NCBI GenBank assembly: GCA_946965045.2
Contig: OX337228.1
Span: 2,852,001 to 2,916,000, forward strand
DNA length: 64,000 bases
From: Epithemia pelagica
Lineage: Eukaryota; Protista; Bacillariophyta
Direction of reading: 5' to 3'
Position numbers and translations under genes: made by a program. A model generated the notes under the pieces. That model saw only the letters and a program-made list of their open reading frames with translations. It had not been told where the DNA came from and did not search any database. Positions 1-11,630 of the stretch are shown piece by piece. How positions within the stretch are numbered: the stretch's first letter is position 1; each line of letters starts with the position of its first letter.

Positions 1-3000
1 GATCCTGACCCCAACCAAGTTGCATCTGATGACGACTCACCTGGCGTAGTCCCTGAGCATCCAGATGATTCAGATCCGGTTACACAATTTATCAACCAAG
101 CCATGACGACTGATATCAATCACCCGGCAACTGACCTGACTAGTGTTCTTTCTAACGCCAAGTCCAAGACGAGCAAGAAGGTTACTTTCAAAGCCAACAT
201 GCATAAACAAGCAGGACATGTTCCACGCTATTTGTTTTCCAGGAAATCTACTTTACCAGGAAATCAATTGATTGACCGTGGTGCTAATGGAGGACTTGCT
301 GGTTCTGACATGCGCATCCTTTCTAAGACTGGCCGCCATATCACTATTGTGGGTATTGATAACCATGAACTTACTGGGCTTCCTGTCGTCACATGTGCCG
401 CAAAGTTTGAGACCAATGATGGACCTATTGTCGGCATCTTCAATGAATATGCTTATTATGGAAAGGGCTTATCTATCCATGCTCCTGGTCAATTCGAGCA
501 TTTCGGACTTGCTGTTGATGAACGATCTGTTAAAGTTGATGGTAAACAACGCATCACTACACTTGATGGTCGTGCTATACCCCTTCACATCAAGGATGGG
601 TTAGCCTACATCCACTCCTTGGGTATCCCCAGCGACGATGACATGAATACCTTACCTCAGATCATCTTCACGTCACCCGACACATGGGATCCTGGTGTTC
701 TGGACCATTCGTATTCTCCCACACCCTCTGACAATGATCCTGATTGGAAACACGTCAAGACTGATGGTAGTATGTCGAACCATCCATATGACAACTATGG
801 GGAGTACACTGATCGTGTTGTTTGTAACCTCAATCTCCTTTTGGATCTCCCATACGATCATGGACCTGACGACGCACCCTTCTTTTCTATCTATGCTGAC
901 GCAGAAGGTAATGATCCTACACTTCATGCCTCTGTCCACCGTCGTTACCAGGAAGCGTATGACTGGAAGAAGTTCCGTCCATTCTTTGGTTGGCAATCTG
1001 AAGATGTTATTGCCAATACGTTCAAGCACACTACACGTAATGGTAGCATTACTTTTGACCACGACACCCTCAAGAAACATTTCAAGGCTCGCAATCCGGT
1101 CCTTAATATACCTCGACGCCATGAACCCGTTGCTACTGACTCGGTTTTCTCCGACACCCCTGCTGTTGACCATGGCGGTAAAGTCGCACAAATCTTTGTT
1201 GGTCGAGATACTCTGGTTACTGATATCTATGGGATCAAGTCAACCAAACAGTTTGTCAATACTCTTCAGGACAACATCCGGTTTCGTGGTTCCCTGGAGA
1301 CTCTTATCAGTGATGGTGGTTCATCTCTCATCTCTCAAAAGGTCAAAGACATTCTTCGCACTTTGCTTATTGGGGAGTATCGATCCGAACCTTATCATCA
1401 ACACCAGAATAAGGCTGAAAACCGTTACCAGACCGTCAAACGTATGACCAACGCTCTCATGAATGCCACTGGTTGCCCTGCCAACACCTGGCTTCTTTGC
1501 CTTGAGTATGTCTGTGACTTATTGAACCATACATCATCACCCACCCATTCCGGTCGCACTCCTCTTGAGGCTCTCTCCGGACGCCCACCCGACATTACTC
1601 ATCTCTTGTTCTTTCCTTTCTGGGATGAGGTTTACTACCGTGTCGACCCCGCTGAACCCAATTCTGGTTCATATCCATCTTCTTCTGATGAGAAACTTGG
1701 CCACTGGGTTGGTTTTGCTCACAACGTTAGTGATTCTTTTACTTGGAAGATTCTCACCCAGGATAACCAGATAATCTACCGTTCTGCCGTTCGCCGTGTT
1801 GAATCCACTACACCTAACCTACGTGTGGATCGACCTTCAGGGGAGGATTTGTCTGAGAAGGATGACAATGATAAGCAAGCTGACACTGTCTTCATTCGCA
1901 GTGATAGTGAAGATCCATCCAAACCAATGCCCACGATCGATTTTGACGACATGATAGGACGCACATTCCTATGCGACACAGAAGAAAATGGGGAGCGACA
2001 CCGTGCACGTGTCATCAAACGAGTCATTGATCTTAATGAAGAAGCAACGAAACAGGAAGAACGTGTCAAGTACATCTACCGAAAGACAAATTCTAATGTT
2101 GATGAGATGATATCCTATAATCAACTCATGGAGTATATCAAACGAGATAACCAAGCTCAAACCTCTGGAGATAATCTTTTCAGGTTCAGGGACGTCATTG
2201 CCCATCAAGGCCCACTGAACACAACTGATCCAGATTACAAGGGGAGCAAGTATAATTTGCTTGTTGATTGGGAAACTGGGGAGACTACCTATGAACCTTT
2301 ATCACTCATTGCCAATGATGATCCGATCACTGTAGCAATTTATGGAAAGAAACATGGTTTACTCAACGAACCTGGATGGAAGCATTTGAAACGTTATGTC
2401 AAAACAAGCAAACGTCTCATTCGAGCAGCCAAACAGTCAAGGATTAAACAAGTTCACCATTCCGTCAAGTATAAGTTTGGATTCCAAGTACCACGCAATT
2501 ATGAGGAAGCTGTCGCTCTTGATAAACAACATGGCAACACAAAGTGGCAGGATGCAACAGAATTAGAATTGTCACAGATCCAGTCCTACAAGACATTCAA
2601 GGATTTTGGGAAAGCCATCTTCATTAAAGGGAAAGTATCCAATGCACCTGAAGGATATCATAAGATACGTGTACATCTTGTTTTTGACGTAAAACATGAT
2701 GGACGACATAAAGCAAGACTTGTCGCAGATGGACATCTCACAAAAGAACCTGTTGAGACAATCTATTCAGGTGTTGTTTCCATTCGCAACCTCCGCATTG
2801 CCTTATTCCTGGGTACTTTGAATGACTTGGAAATATGGGGAGCAGATATTGGAAACGCATATCTGGAAGCCTTGACAGGGGAGAAAATTTTCATTGTCGC
2901 AGGACCTGAATTCAAGGAATTAGAAGGTCACATCCTGATTATATACAAGGCACTTTATGGATTGAAGTCATCAGGCGCACGCTGGCATGATATCTTATTC

Positions 3001-4230
3001 GATGTTTTGACAGACATGGGATTTTCACCAAGCAAAGCAGATCCGGATATCTGGATGAGGAAAGCACCTGGAGAAGACTGTTACGAATACATTGCCGTAT
3101 ACGTTGATGACTTAGCCATTATTTCTACTGATCCTGGGAATATCTGCAAGATCCTGAAGGAGAAATACAACTTCAAACTCAAAGGAGATGGACCTATTGA
3201 TTTCCACTTGGGATGTTGTTATACCAAGGATTCTGATGGAACATTAGTAGCAGATCCAAGACGCTACATTGGTAAGATGATGGACACTTTCGAACGAATC
3301 TTCAAGGAGAAACCCAAGAAAGCCAAAACACCCCTTATTGGTGGAGACCATCCTGAATTGGATGATTCTGAGCTCCTTGATGAAGAAGGTACTAGCCATT
3401 TCCAAACTCTGATTGGACAACTACAATGGGTGATCACTATTGGTCGTTTCGACGTCTTCACCGCTACAATGACGCTATCACGCTTTCGTGCTGCTCCGAG
3501 GAAAGGACATCTTGATAGAGCCAAGCGTATCTATGGATACCTTGCACATCTCCCAGAAGGCGCAATCAGATTTAGGATTGGAGAGCCTGATTATTCAAGT
3601 CTTCCTACCCAAGAATTTGATTGGACTCGCACTGTCTATTTGTATGCAAGTGAACGTATTCCTGAAGACTGCCCAACACCTCTTGGCCGCTATGTTACCA
3701 CAACTCATTATGTTGATGCCAATCTCATGCATGACATAGACACTGGTAAATCCGTCACTGCTGTTCTACATTTGTTGAACGGAACACCTATTGACTGGTA
3801 CAGCAAGAGACAGAGCACGGTGGAAACTGCTACCTATGGATCCGAGTTTGTGGCTGCAAGGACAGCAATAGATCAGATTACAGAATTACGACATTCTCTC
3901 CGCTACCTTGGAGTACCTATCCGAGAGCAAAGTTACATGTACGGAGATAACAGATCTGTTGTGCTCAATGCAACCGTTTCTCATTCCATACTATCCAAGA
4001 GACACCATCTTCTGTCATACCACCGAGTTCGTGAAGCCATCGCAGCAAAGTATGTTGCATTCTACTGGAAAGATGGAAAGACCAACCCTGCCGATATCCT
4101 TAGCAAACATTGGGATTTCGTATCTATCTGGCCCATGCTCAAGCCATTGTTGTTTTGGAAAGGAGAAGTTCAAGACCTCAACAAATCCAATGATGACAAG
4201 GCTGAAACGACGAGTTGTGGGGAGTGTTAG
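1..4230 (+). CDS. Copia gag-pol polyprotein (partial; frame is open from base 1)
   Basis: Protease LIDRGANGG; integrase DSVFSD...ISDGG...KAENRYQTVKR; RT DIGNAYL, ALYGLKSSG, YVDDL; RNase H YVDAN, EFVAA, GDN, NPADILSK. No stops. Confidence 0.95.
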   Translation, partial: DPDPNQVASDDDSPGVVPEHPDDSDPVTQFINQAMTTDINHPATDLTSVLSNAKSKTSKKVTFKANMHKQAGHVPRYLFSRKSTLPGNQLIDRGANGGLAGSDMRILSKTGRHITIVGIDNHELTGLPVVTCAAKFETNDGPIVGIFNEYAYYGKGLSIHAPGQFEHFGLAVDERSVKVDGKQRITTLDGRAIPLHIKDGLAYIHSLGIPSDDDMNTLPQIIFTSPDTWDPGVLDHSYSPTPSDNDPDWKHVKTDGSMSNHPYDNYGEYTDRVVCNLNLLLDLPYDHGPDDAPFFSIYADAEGNDPTLHASVHRRYQEAYDWKKFRPFFGWQSEDVIANTFKHTTRNGSITFDHDTLKKHFKARNPVLNIPRRHEPVATDSVFSDTPAVDHGGKVAQIFVGRDTLVTDIYGIKSTKQFVNTLQDNIRFRGSLETLISDGGSSLISQKVKDILRTLLIGEYRSEPYHQHQNKAENRYQTVKRMTNALMNATGCPANTWLLCLEYVCDLLNHTSSPTHSGRTPLEALSGRPPDITHLLFFPFWDEVYYRVDPAEPNSGSYPSSSDEKLGHWVGFAHNVSDSFTWKILTQDNQIIYRSAVRRVESTTPNLRVDRPSGEDLSEKDDNDKQADTVFIRSDSEDPSKPMPTIDFDDMIGRTFLCDTEENGERHRARVIKRVIDLNEEATKQEERVKYIYRKTNSNVDEMISYNQLMEYIKRDNQAQTSGDNLFRFRDVIAHQGPLNTTDPDYKGSKYNLLVDWETGETTYEPLSLIANDDPITVAIYGKKHGLLNEPGWKHLKRYVKTSKRLIRAAKQSRIKQVHHSVKYKFGFQVPRNYEEAVALDKQHGNTKWQDATELELSQIQSYKTFKDFGKAIFIKGKVSNAPEGYHKIRVHLVFDVKHDGRHKARLVADGHLTKEPVETIYSGVVSIRNLRIALFLGTLNDLEIWGADIGNAYLEALTGEKIFIVAGPEFKELEGHILIIYKALYGLKSSGARWHDILFDVLTDMGFSPSKADPDIWMRKAPGEDCYEYIAVYVDDLAIISTDPGNICKILKEKYNFKLKGDGPIDFHLGCCYTKDSDGTLVADPRRYIGKMMDTFERIFKEKPKKAKTPLIGGDHPELDDSELLDEEGTSHFQTLIGQLQWVITIGRFDVFTATMTLSRFRAAPRKGHLDRAKRIYGYLAHLPEGAIRFRIGEPDYSSLPTQEFDWTRTVYLYASERIPEDCPTPLGRYVTTTHYVDANLMHDIDTGKSVTAVLHLLNGTPIDWYSKRQSTVETATYGSEFVAARTAIDQITELRHSLRYLGVPIREQSYMYGDNRSVVLNATVSHSILSKRHHLLSYHRVREAIAAKYVAFYWKDGKTNPADILSKHWDFVSIWPMLKPLLFWKGEVQDLNKSNDDKAETTSCGEC

Positions 4231-4631
4231 AATTCTCACCGTCTATGGTGGTTAGATTCTACATCTCATCGATTCCCCATGTCACATAGCCTCGTGCTAT
4301 TGCATCATGCCATCTAGCTTCGAGCTATGTTCCCTAGCTTTGCGCTATATCGACCTATATTTCTTCGCAAATCATGAAAAGTGAGAATAGATTGACGAAC
4401 TCACTCTCAAGACTAAACTGGGTCGTGCGGTATTACAACGGACGTAAATTTGGCCGTTGCTTGGACATTATACTAACGCCCTAAGCGTACGCGCCCGAAA
4501 TCATCGAGCGCGCCCAAGCGACATCCGAGCGCTGTCGGTATCTATCCGACCCAACGGTCTAAGTATCCCAAGCACAACACACGATCACGCGAGACCATAT
4601 TTCCATTCCCACAATCTCCAAATTGTCAACA
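4225..4631 (+). repeat. Putative 3' LTR (~407 bp)
   Basis: Starts TGTTAGAATT directly after the GGGGAG PPT and overlaps the pol stop codon; ends AATTGTCAACA, an imperfect inverted terminus. The 5' LTR is outside the window, so the right boundary is inferred. Confidence 0.55.
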
Positions 4632-4899
4632 AGCTGCGCGCCATGAAAACAACTATGCCAACCCAAAGCAAGAGCTGTTGACCCTGTATATGTTATCCGT
4701 CCACATATACATGTCATATACATCACATGAATCGACTCCAACTATTCCAAACCTGTTGCCGCCAAGAACCTATGACACATGACCCTTGGCAGGACCGAAC
4801 ATTTCACGTAGACCTATCGTAGTAATCAACACACAATCTAACAATATCACCATTTATCACATCTTCTTTTGTGTCCCAACTATCCTTCTGATAGACTTC

Positions 4900-5295
4900 G
4901 ACTTGCTTGCTTCTCTGACCCTGAGAAGCTTGTATCGGTTGGTGACCTACCTGATTGTCTGCTCTACCGAGCATCAATGCCTCTGCAATTCCAAGAGAAT
5001 TGTAACAAAGCGAGGACACGTTTCACATGCCACCAGACTTTGAATTCTATTTGGGTATTGAAAAAGTCTTTTTGCAAAGTTATTTGCTCAATGCGTGGCA
5101 CACCTCCATTGCTTGGCAAACAATCGCACAGAGGACTTGTCCTAATCATGGTGGCAATAGTATTGCTTGCTGAGTCCCCAGTTATTTGAGAAGGCCGATC
5201 GAATGGCAAACCAGCCGCAGTCCTTTACACTAATGTGTGACAAACTTCATGATACGAATGATTGACCCAACAAGAGCCATCAACACTCAGGATGC
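4900..5295 (-). pseudogene. Possible degenerate hAT-like transposase remnant
   Basis: Fragments in different frames and in the right order: ILSVDGS, QITGDSASN, WRCATH*..LQKDFF, resembling the hAT DG, TDNAxN and CxxH motifs. Interrupted by stops and frameshifts. Confidence 0.3.
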
Positions 5296-5462
5296 CCCCT
5301 TCTTGTACAGAAGCATTTCTCAAGGTGGTAAGACGACGTTGAATGCAACAAAGTGCTCCTTCCACAGTATTCAATTGAACAGAAACGACCACACACGAGC
5401 AGGTTTTCCAGGCGCCGAACGCTCAAAACATCCGAACATGAGGCTATGGTAAAAATAAATGT

Positions 5463-5590
5463 GTATGAAGTTACTGTAGCCATAATAGGTTGGGAGGATG
5501 GGTCATCGGTTTGGTTGTTGTTTGATGTATGAAGTTACTGTAGCCATAATAGGTTGGGAGGATGGGTCATCGGTTTGGTTGTTGTTTGAT
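5463..5590. repeat. Perfect 64-bp tandem duplication
   Basis: GTATGAAGTTACTGTAGCC...GTTGTTTGAT at 5463-5526 and 5527-5590. Confidence 0.95.
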
Positions 5591-5953
5591 GGATTTCCAC
5601 GTTATTGGTAGTCAGTGGTTCGACCAATAACAGGGTCCGCGTCTGCTATATAAAATGCCACAAGGGTCCCTTGGGGTAGTAGAGATAGGAGCGACATGTC
5701 GGTGGCGATTGCAAGGGTCCATGGCTGTTGTTACAACCACAGCAAGATTGGCCTCGTGTTGTTTGCGTGGTGGTTGTTGTGAGTTTTCGTCAAAGTCGAG
5801 AAATCGCCGATTTTGAGGATCGCGCCTTGGGGGTGAGTATCAGAATGCACCCTCTCTCATTCACGACCAGGACTCACCCTTCCGCTAGGGGGTACCTGTA
5901 CCCCCGGAATGTGCATGGATCAGTGAGGGGGGTACAGGACCAAGAGAATTTTT

Positions 5954-7766
5954 CCCTCGGTATCAGTGTCCACTGCTTAGCTGTTTTTTGTCTGTGCCAC
6001 CTTCATAGGTTCCCATGTGGACACAGACAGGAAATTTCCTTTTTGACTCAAATGGAAATGGCTAAAAAGCAAATTGGCGCGCATACCCAGCTGGAGTTTT
6101 CACAGTTCATGAAACAGACGCAAGCCCAGCAAGCGGCCCTGCGTGGATGACGGTTGGTTGGTCTTCGCAGAATGCGCCATCCAAATCCGCCATAAAATCA
6201 CACAGAGGCCATCACAGTTCACAATGGCATGGCATGAATTGTCGCCTTTCATGCAATTGAGGTAAGTTTGAACGCACAAAATGTTTCCATGACAACAGCT
6301 CTTGTACTGTCAAACTAACTTCTCCCTCACTCTTGTATTCGTTTTTCTCTTCTGATATTCTCCATTCGCCAACTGTCTCTCTCCACTTCTTTGAGAGCAA
6401 AAGTTTTGTGCCTATGGAATGCCTATTCTCCATTTGAGCCTCGGTTTAAAATTGGAAGCCACAACATAAAGCTTCTTTTCTTTGAATTTTGGAGGAGTTT
6501 TTATCTGTAGTTTAGTTCTCATCTTTCATAGGTTTTGTAAGATCGTTGCAGCGTGTTATTTCCTTGTTTTCAACAACCATGACACTCTGAAGCAGGTAAG
6601 AAGCCATCTTCCAGCATATCCGATAGACTCTATGATCCATGACGACTACTCCTCTAGTTATAGGAGGACTACCGTAATTTGCGGATTCCTGTCCCCCCGG
6701 AATGTACAAAAATTAAGAGGAGGGGGACAGGATTACGCAATTTCGGATAATTTTTCTTAAGATTCCATTCACACACTACAATTAATTTCTTAGTAAATTA
6801 ATTTTCAACCTCGGGGTTGTAGAGAACGCTTGGTCGCACAATTCCAGTCAGGGGAAAGACCGTGCTTCAATGCGTAGCCTTAACCCTAATCATAATACCC
6901 ATCATGCTTTATCTCTTGTTTCTCCTCTTTGAATCACTCCCATGTAATGTCAGGCAGTGTGATAGAAAGCTCGGAACGTGAGGAATGTGGGGGTAACCCA
7001 TAAGCCCAGAAAGAACCTACAGATAAAAAGTTAGGGGGCCATGTACGTTTAAGGGGAGTGGGGGGGGACAGGACTATAGGGGGGACAGGAATCCGCAAAT
7101 TACGGTAGTGACAACAAGACGCTGCAGTTGTCGTCATCTAGATCTACCAATCAACGAAAGGTTCTGTGGTCAACACGGATGATGGATGGGCGAAACACAA
7201 TGATGAGTGTAAAAAAACATGCTTCAAAGATATGAAGACAACCAACCAACAATCAAACAGCACTACGAATAAAGCAAAGGAAAAGTTGTGGCAAATGGCC
7301 TACAATGACTTGTCCTCCGTTTCATTGCGACGAAATCAAAGGACAACAAACCATCAACTTTAACATGGACAAAGATAAATGAGATAACGTGTGAGAAAAC
7401 TATGCAGGGCATGAAAGAAGCTAAGAGACAAACAACAAGTAACAAGAGAGAAAACCAACCAAAATACTGCTTCAGGTCACAAGGATTCGTAAAGAGCTCG
7501 CTTCATGGTCAACGTCGATGTTTTTGACACCGCGTGAAATTTTTTGTGACGAGCATGAAAGGATTTCAAATTTGAATCGTGGTCACGGTCACAGGAAGGT
7601 GCCAACCGCCAACGGCTGCTTGCACGCCGGCATTTCCACCAGCACGAGGAATCATATTGGTGAAAAGGACAGACGAAAAGTGAAATTTCCTGTCTGTGTC
7701 CACTTGGGAACCTATGAAGGTCGCACAGACAAAAAACAGCTAAGCAGTGGACACTGATACCGAGGG
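5954..7766. mobile_element. Non-autonomous DNA transposon with 85-bp TIRs, CCC...GGG termini, flanked by TTTTT on both sides (piggyBac-like termini)
   Basis: 5954-6038 is the reverse complement of 7682-7766 with 2 mismatches; no coding capacity seen. Confidence 0.8.
6672..7105. mobile_element. 434-bp MITE with ~27-bp TIRs and probable TA TSD (Tc1/mariner-like)
   Basis: TA|CCGTAATTTGCGGATTCCTGTCCCCCC ... GGGGGGACAGGAATCCGCAAATTACGG|TA. The inverted match extends 2 nt further out (AC/GT), so the true termini are slightly ambiguous. Confidence 0.8.
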
Positions 7767-8209
7767 TTTTTAAGATTCCATACGCAAGGTACAATTAACT
7801 GTATAGTAATAGTCAACTTCAACATCGGAGTAGTAGAGAAGAGTTGGTCGCACTATTCCAGTTAGGGGAAAGACCGTGTGCTTCAACGCGACGCCTTAAC
7901 CCTAAGCATAATACCCATCATGCTGTATCTCTTGTTTCTCCTCTTTGATCCACTCCCATGCAATGTCAGGCAGTGTGATAGAAAGCTCGGAACGTGAGGA
8001 ATGTGGGGGTAACCCTATCACCAGGAAAGAGCCTACAGAAAAAAAGGGATGGGGACATGTACATCTGAGGGGGTGGGGGGTACGGGAATGCGAGGGGTAC
8101 AAAACACCGAAAATTACGGTAGTTTGATACCGTTCATATGATTCTTCGCTTGAATCAGCAGAAGAAATGGCTTTGGCTAGGTAGAAGCCCCAGAAACGTG
8201 CAAAAGGGG

Positions 8210-8281
8210 CTCCCGTACCAGGATTCGAACCTGGGATACTGGATTCAAAGTCCAGGGTGATAACCACTTCACTATACGGGA
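8210..8281 (-). tRNA. tRNA-Gln(TTG)
   Basis: 72-nt cloverleaf: acceptor stem TCCCGTA/TACGGGA, D-loop AGTGGTTA, anticodon arm CTGGA-CTTTGAA-TCCAG, T-arm CCAGG-TTCGAAT-CCTGG; a TTTT terminator follows. Confidence 0.97.
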
Positions 8282-8330
8282 TTGACTATAGAGTGGACAC
8301 ATAAATATACAAACTCCTAAAAGTTTTCAG

Positions 8331-9485
8331 ATGGATGATGGATGGACCTCAGGCAAGCTCTCACCCAACGAAATGTTTTGCGGCTTGCTAGAAAAGACAA
8401 GAGGAAACAAGATGGACAGTGACACTTTACCGGAAGCGAAGGACGTCAAGGTAGATGATGATAGCACAAAGAAAGAAGCCCACCAGGATGAGCTGACGCA
8501 AAAGACTCTGAAGAAGAAGAAGAAGAAACAAAAGAGTAACAACCTGGCTGCCTTGAGAGCGAAGGCGATTGGAACAGTGTCCTCCATAGAGTTATCGTTG
8601 TCTTTGAAAAAGTCTCATGACGAAAAGAAGAGTGGAAATCATTTGTTGTTTGCGGATGAATCCGACGAGGACCGTGGGGAATATGCAGAAATGCCTGAAA
8701 CTGGAGATTTGCCAAAGAATGCGACCGCGTCTCGCACAGACGATGACGACACGGACGATGAAGCGGAAGAAGTTAAAACAAGTTCTTTGCGTGCTCATAT
8801 GGAGCTTCATCAACAGCAAGAGCTCATTTCTGCGAGGGAATCTTCCATGATGTTTCAAGCGAGACGCAAGAAAGCAAAGAAGCGAAAGGCTAGAGACGAA
8901 GATGTTTTAGATTCTGGACGAGGAAAAGACGAAGCAAGTGATGTTGAGGACATTGTACTGGATGAATCATTTTTCAAACAGTTACAGACTGAAAGACAAA
9001 CTCAACAAAACCAACAGAAAAAGAAAAAGAAGCTGGCCCTTCAGGAGAACACTCGAACTAAATTCGTTGTTGAGGATACTGATTACAGCAATCAGAAAGG
9101 AGTCGCTCAAACTCTTTCGGTTGGAAATAGCAGCAGCAAAACAATGTTGCAACTAGTCGTATCTGCATCGAGTGGTCATGTCGAGGAACAGCAGCAAGAG
9201 CCCATGCGCACATACCAATCAACAACGGATCAAGCAAGATATTATTCCAAGAGTTCATTGATCAAGGGCGACGATATCGATATCCACCGTTCTTCGATAT
9301 CTTCGAAAATCAGACCTGACAAAGCGGCCAGCTCACCTTCCAAGGTTACTTGGAAAAGGTCAAGGAAAATGCATCGACTGTTGAATGCCAAAGCGCTACG
9401 AAAAAATCCAAAAAGTGGTTCCACGTTGGCGGCACCCATATTCTTTGTAACGCAAAGGTCTTCTGCCGTTAAAAAGAGCTCCTAG
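8331..9485 (+). CDS. Hypothetical K/D/E-rich protein, probably nuclear or nucleolar
   Basis: 384-aa ORF with poly-K runs and NLS-like RRKKAKKRK; no recognisable domain. Confidence 0.65.
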   Translation: MDDGWTSGKLSPNEMFCGLLEKTRGNKMDSDTLPEAKDVKVDDDSTKKEAHQDELTQKTLKKKKKKQKSNNLAALRAKAIGTVSSIELSLSLKKSHDEKKSGNHLLFADESDEDRGEYAEMPETGDLPKNATASRTDDDDTDDEAEEVKTSSLRAHMELHQQQELISARESSMMFQARRKKAKKRKARDEDVLDSGRGKDEASDVEDIVLDESFFKQLQTERQTQQNQQKKKKKLALQENTRTKFVVEDTDYSNQKGVAQTLSVGNSSSKTMLQLVVSASSGHVEEQQQEPMRTYQSTTDQARYYSKSSLIKGDDIDIHRSSISSKIRPDKAASSPSKVTWKRSRKMHRLLNAKALRKNPKSGSTLAAPIFFVTQRSSAVKKSS

Positions 9486-9646
9486 AAACAAAAAGTTTCT
9501 CATAGACGTACCGCATTTGATAGACCACCTACTCCTTCGACCAACATCGGAATCCTGTGTAATCGATATTTGAGATGTATCTATCTATTGTCAATGTCAC
9601 ATGTCATACGATGTGTTCTTGTCTGTCAATCACATGCACTACTAAT

Positions 9647-11274
9647 CTACATCAATCTTGACGAGAGTTCATTTCCATTCGATTGAGGAGAGTGGCGCTG
9701 TCGATGCTCAAACTTTTGGTCGCGTTGCCACTCTAGGTTTCTTTCCAAGCGATGTTGAATTTCCCGGAACATGACTGTGTTGTTATGAAATATATCTTCG
9801 TCCAAAGTCAATGATCCCAGCGATGAATTTTCGTCCAAAGCCTCTAAGAAGCGCTTTTCCCAAGAATGTAATGATGATACTGTAGTTGCCTCTGCAACAT
9901 CGTCTTCTCCTCCATTGGAATGTCCATAATTATTCTTGTCGTTCTCATGACGTTGGTGGTGATGGCGATTGCGTTTACGCACTAGACCTTCAAGAGAGAG
10001 ATGCAACAAACCCTTGAGAGATGGCAAGGCATGGACTAGATGTTCTTCAAGTCCAACTTTGCGTGTGATCTGGTTGAAGTTTAAGTTCAGTACAGCAAGT
10101 TTGCGATTCTTCTCCAAGGCGCAAAGTAAGAACTTGAAGGTATTGTCGTTCATACCGCAGAAGTTCAAGTGCAACTCTACAAGAGTTGAATTGTTCTGAA
10201 GGGAGCGCAAAAACTGCGTCAACGCATTGTCTGATGCCTGGGTGTCTTGCTTGCTTTGTGGTGCGGTTCCAGTTGCAATGGCGTCAGCGGTGCTCGGAGG
10301 GGTCAAATTGGCAAAAATTGATTTATTTCCCGTCAAATCCAAGACTTCAAGTCCTGAGTTCAATTGGATCAAGTACGCTGCTGTAAGCAATGAAATGTAC
10401 GACAAAGACGTGCATCGCGGGATTCTGAAAACACGAAAGCGCTTCATATAATCGAGATTCTTGACCAATTCCCACAAGCCCCTGAAAAAGTACGAAGAGA
10501 AAGAGTTAGTCATGAGCTCAAACCAATGAAGAGCGATAAAAGTAACGGTGTTGACGAAGCGACTCACTTGTCATGAATGCGACACCCTCCCAATTGAAGA
10601 TCTCGAAGGCCTGCCCCTTGTTTTAAAGCATCCGCCAGATTAACAATAGAAGATGATACCGGATTCTCATAGTCTCCATCTTCATCAAGAGTTAAGTCAA
10701 ACGACTCCAATCGCAGACGCTCTAATTGTGGGTTCCGCTGGGTAAAATTTCTCCATTGCGATGTGATTGGAATGTGGCCGTCTTCCGGAACAGACAAGAC
10801 GAGTTCCTTCAACGCCGGTGTGATTGGTGGCGGAATCTCTCCATTTTGGTCTGTTAGTGTCCTCTCCTCCTCATCTGCTGTCAGTTCCGTGAGAATACGC
10901 TTGACGTCAGCCGTGTGCCGCGGAAAGGGTCCTTGCAACTTCAACGAGACTAGATGCGGGCTTGCCTCATGTAAAATATCCAACAGTTCGGCCAAGAGTT
11001 TGGGTTCATGAACCTTTTTTCGATGATAGTGTTTGACATAACAATACTTGATGGAGATTGTGTTCATAGGATATCCAATCTCCCTCCCCATGCGTCGTAA
11101 ATCACCAGGGACCAAACAGGTGTTGTTTAAAATCAACGATTGAGTTGCTACTCCATCCTCATATGCATGATATGGAGGTGACATTGCTGAAGCAACTATA
11201 GGAGGATCCTCGTCGTAAACATCAGACTCGTCCACGCTTCGCGTCGTAATCGTCGTTGGAATGTATCGATCCAT
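9647..11274 (-). CDS. RNI-like leucine-rich-repeat protein, 2 exons (intron 10482-10567)
   Basis: Joins ORFs 10564-11274 and 9647-10567 via GTGAGT...TTTCAG, reading HDK|GLWELV; LRR motifs LEVLDLTGN, LVELHLNFCGM, LAVLNLNFNQI. Confidence 0.85.
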
Positions 11275-11630
11275 TGTTCAGCGTCGTCTCTTTCCACTTG
11301 GGCATTGAGAAGAGAAAATTGGAGACTAATGTTGTGTAAGTTATCATCATATTCTCGGAAAGCACCGATCATGTATCATGAATCATGATGGAACGAAAGG
11401 ATACATAGGATTTTTAGGATAGATGCCGGTGCCAGAGAATGTAAACATCTTCGCCTTTCGTCTAACTAAATCTAACTTCAACGGCTAGCACAACGGAAAA
11501 CTTTTTAAGTACATGCAGCATAAGCGATATAAGACCAGGACCAAGACAGCCGCGTATGTTTTGGTCGTGGATACTATCAAGATCAAAGAGCGCCCAACTC
11601 CAAATTCTGAATGATGTGGAGACCATTATT

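Larger units (their letters stand above)
1..4631 (+). mobile_element. Ty1/Copia LTR retrotransposon (diatom CoDi-like), cut at the 5' end by the window edge
   Basis: Pol domains in Copia order PR-IN-RT-RH, followed by a polypurine tract and a candidate 3' LTR. Confidence 0.93.
5890..8119. mobile_element. Diverged MITE copy (same family as 6672-7105), split by an insertion; left TIR missing
   Basis: 5890-5953 resembles 6688-6757; 7771-8119 aligns with 6759-7105; ends ...AAATTACGG|TA. Confidence 0.7.

Noticed and set aside
6667-7110. CACTA-type termini for the 434-bp MITE
   Set aside because: Only the right end reads CACTA (left GACTA; the second copy AACTA) and there is no 3-bp TSD; a TA duplication fits better.
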